This document shows, piece by piece, positions 61,421-64,000 of a stretch of DNA of 64,000 nt. Location: positions 586,942-650,941 of the forward strand of contig NIVC01000064.1 in NCBI GenBank assembly GCA_002269645.1, written 5' to 3'. The translations under genes and the position numbers were made by a program. The notes under the pieces were generated by a model. That model searched no databases. It was not told where the DNA came from and worked only from the letters and a program-made list of their open reading frames with translations. The stretch's first letter is position 1, and each line of letters begins with the position of its first letter. This DNA comes from Macrostomum lignano (lineage: Eukaryota).

Positions 61421-64000
61421 CTACATATTAGGCGCCCATTTGATGCTCCATTGTTGGAATTTGCCCTCAGCTATGCAGCTGTGCAATCTCGGATTCTGCA
61501 AACTGGCCCCATCAATGGGCTTAGTGTCCAAGCACAGGGCTGGGGACGCCTTTAATCTGATAAGCGTATTGGGCGGATTAAACTGGAACTGCTGCATAGC
61601 GTTGTTAATCTCGCAGCGCGAGAACAGCACCCGAGCATCCGGTGTAGCCGACATCGCTTGTAAGCACAAATCTGACGATGTGATCTGACCAGAGTCGGAG
61701 AACAGCCACTCCTGATTGCCGCCAGAGCCGTGGCATGGATACATAGCTGGCGCCGAGCCAACAGAGGCTGTCAGCCTATCCAAACACTTCTCACCCTGCC
61801 GCAATTCGCCTCTTTTAGTCAAAGGCGCGCTGGGCGGCTTTAAATCCGGATAGACATTCTCCAAATACCATTTGAATGACCGGCAGTTCAGACGGCGACG
61901 CAGCTCAAGGCGTTCGGACACGTCGCCTGGTTGAATGTAGCGAGCGCCGCCTGATGCCTGACGAGCGGGGAATAGTATGATACTAGCTGTGATACTTGCT
62001 TTGATAGTCGTTGTGATGCTATGAGCAATCTCCACTACCTTGCTAAGCATCCGTAAGATAAAAGTACTTTCAAACACAGAACAAAGGCGAATGTAGAACA
62101 TTAAAATAAGATGCTGCATTTCATTGTCAGTAACGATTTACTTGCTAAATATTGGTAGCCAGTGACAATTTGACTGTCAGCGGGCAAGAGGAAAGGTTTC
62201 CAAAACGTGATCAATATCTTAAAACTCACCTGGAAATAGAACTGTTTATATTCGTCCAGCCAGACCTCGGCAGCTCGGCGGGTATTGCGAGTGAACACTA
62301 CCCCGGATCCGCCTGGAAACGAGTAGGGATGCTGCCTCCGAACACGTGGCCAACCCGGCTACAGGGCAGAATCTCCAGCACGCAGTGGCACTGCCACACT
62401 CTCAGAGAGAATTCCAGATTCTCGGCGCCCCAAACGTCCATTTTAGTATCGTATTGGCCTAATTCGTTGAACAATTGTCTCTCGATGCTAAACAGGCCGC
62501 CAGCAATCATTGGCCGTTCGAATCGGTGCGGTTGGATCGCGCGTTCTGGCCGCGAGTTCGCGCGAATTAAATTGTCCCATTGAATACGAGTCCAGGCGAA
62601 TCCGCCTTTTAAATTGGCCGAAGCGCCAATATAGTCGAAATTGTCCATTCGATGACGTCAATGATTGGCGAGACTACGGCTTTCCTATCCGATTTGATAC
62701 GACTCAGCAGCGGCTGAAGCCAGTCTTTGTTGCACTCGCAGTGGCTGTCTAGAAAGGTCAACACGTGACCAGTGGCGGCGTTGGTCTCCGCGAATTCTCG
62801 ACCGCATTAGGCTTCACGACGATTGTTGCATTAGGCGAACCTGCCGGGGTTTAGTGAAGGTGCAAGAATATTATTGCAAAATCGGTTTATATAAAACTGA
62901 TAGTTGGCCCAATAGTGGGTTCAGATATAGTTGGTCTCAGGTTAATTATCTCGCCAAATTTTATAACTTATTAAAGATCTCGACTCTCGCATTGAAGTTC
63001 CTGGGTTGTCAGATGGGCTTCCGGTGTGCCTAGCAAAATTGCATAACATGTAGCTAACACATGTTACATTGGTAATACTAATTAGATGACGAAGACTTTA
63101 CGTATCTTAAAACTAGGATAGTTACTCTTGCCGTTTATCCACGCTACAATATGGTGATGGACCCAATATGGTAATGGACCCATTATAATGATGGATCCAA
63201 TATGGTGATGGACCCAATATGGTGATGGACCCATTATAATGATGGATCCAATATGGTAATGGATTCAATGTGGTGATGAATCGAATATGATGATGGATTC
63301 AATATGGGATGGATCCAATATGGTAATGGATTCAATATGGTGATGAAGATGAATCCAAGATGATGATGGATTCAACATGGTGATGAATCAAATATAGTGA
63401 TGGATCCAATATGATGATGGATCCAATATGGTGATGAATCCAATATAGTGATGGACCCAATATGGTGATGCATCCAATATAGTGATGGGTCTAATATGGT
63501 GATGGATACAATTGGGTGATGAATTCATTTGGTGATGGATCCAATATAGTGATGGATCCAATATGGTGATGGATTCAACATGGTGATGAATCCAATATAG
63601 TGATGGGTCTAATATGGTGATTGATCCAATATGGTGATGGATCTAATATGGTGATGGATACAATATGGTGATGGATCCAATATGGTGATGGATTCAACAT
63701 GGTGATGAATCCAATATAGTGATGGGTCTAATATGGTGATTGATCCAATATGGTGATGGATTCAACATGGTGATGAATCCAATATAGTGATGGGTCTAAT
63801 ATGGTGATTGATCCAATATGGTGATGGATCCAGTATGGTGATGGATCTAATAATGGTGATGGATACAATTGGGTGATGAATTCAGTATGGTATCAAGCCA
63901 TGCTTACCTTGGCTATTTGAGTCAGCAGTTTACCAGTGTCCTCGTCGCTACTAAAATCGTCAACAAGAATAATCTCGCGAACCAGATGGTAGGGCGACAT
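61421..64000 (-). CDS. GALNT2: Polypeptide N-acetylgalactosaminyltransferase, GALNT2-like, 3' part; middle exon frameshifted
   Basis: Exons >64000-63908 (EIILVDDFS), 62840-62230 ([43 protein letters not shown], with several 1-nt indels) and 61957-61421 ([10 protein letters not shown] plus ricin-B lectin). The paralogue number is a best guess. Confidence 0.8.
63150..63890. repeat. 17-bp intronic minisatellite
   Basis: Unit ccaatatggtgatggat, degenerate. Confidence 0.9.

Overview
Eukaryotic (animal) genomic DNA with spliceosomal introns. GC-rich exons and introns packed with minisatellites suggest a Macrostomum-like flatworm (inference, not provable from this window). Left (3-14 kb, + strand): three tandem paralogues of an unrecognised single-pass membrane protein. 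One 242-nt exon is homogenised between them, and a terminal exon is amplified about 19-fold as a 77-bp minisatellite. Right: seven consecutive minus-strand genes reconstructed exon by exon: a GALNT2-like gene (runs off the window), Hakai/CBLL1, a HEI10/CCNB1IP1-like gene, ARL1, PSPH, MDH1B and a PH+PDZ-like gene. The 11.4-kb MDH1B intron (23923-35311) holds nested mobile DNA. A decayed Penelope-like array carries repeated type-I hammerhead ribozyme motifs. Inserted in it is a DD34D mariner (31080-34434), which itself contains a Crypton-type tyrosine-recombinase element with all catalytic residues present and 15-bp subterminal inverted repeats. The next MDH1B intron holds a young LOA/R1-group LINE (APE-RT-RNase H) with a perfect 13-bp TSD. 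A tRNA-derived CORE-like SINE occurs in three copies. All family assignments rest on recalled motifs; no database search was run.
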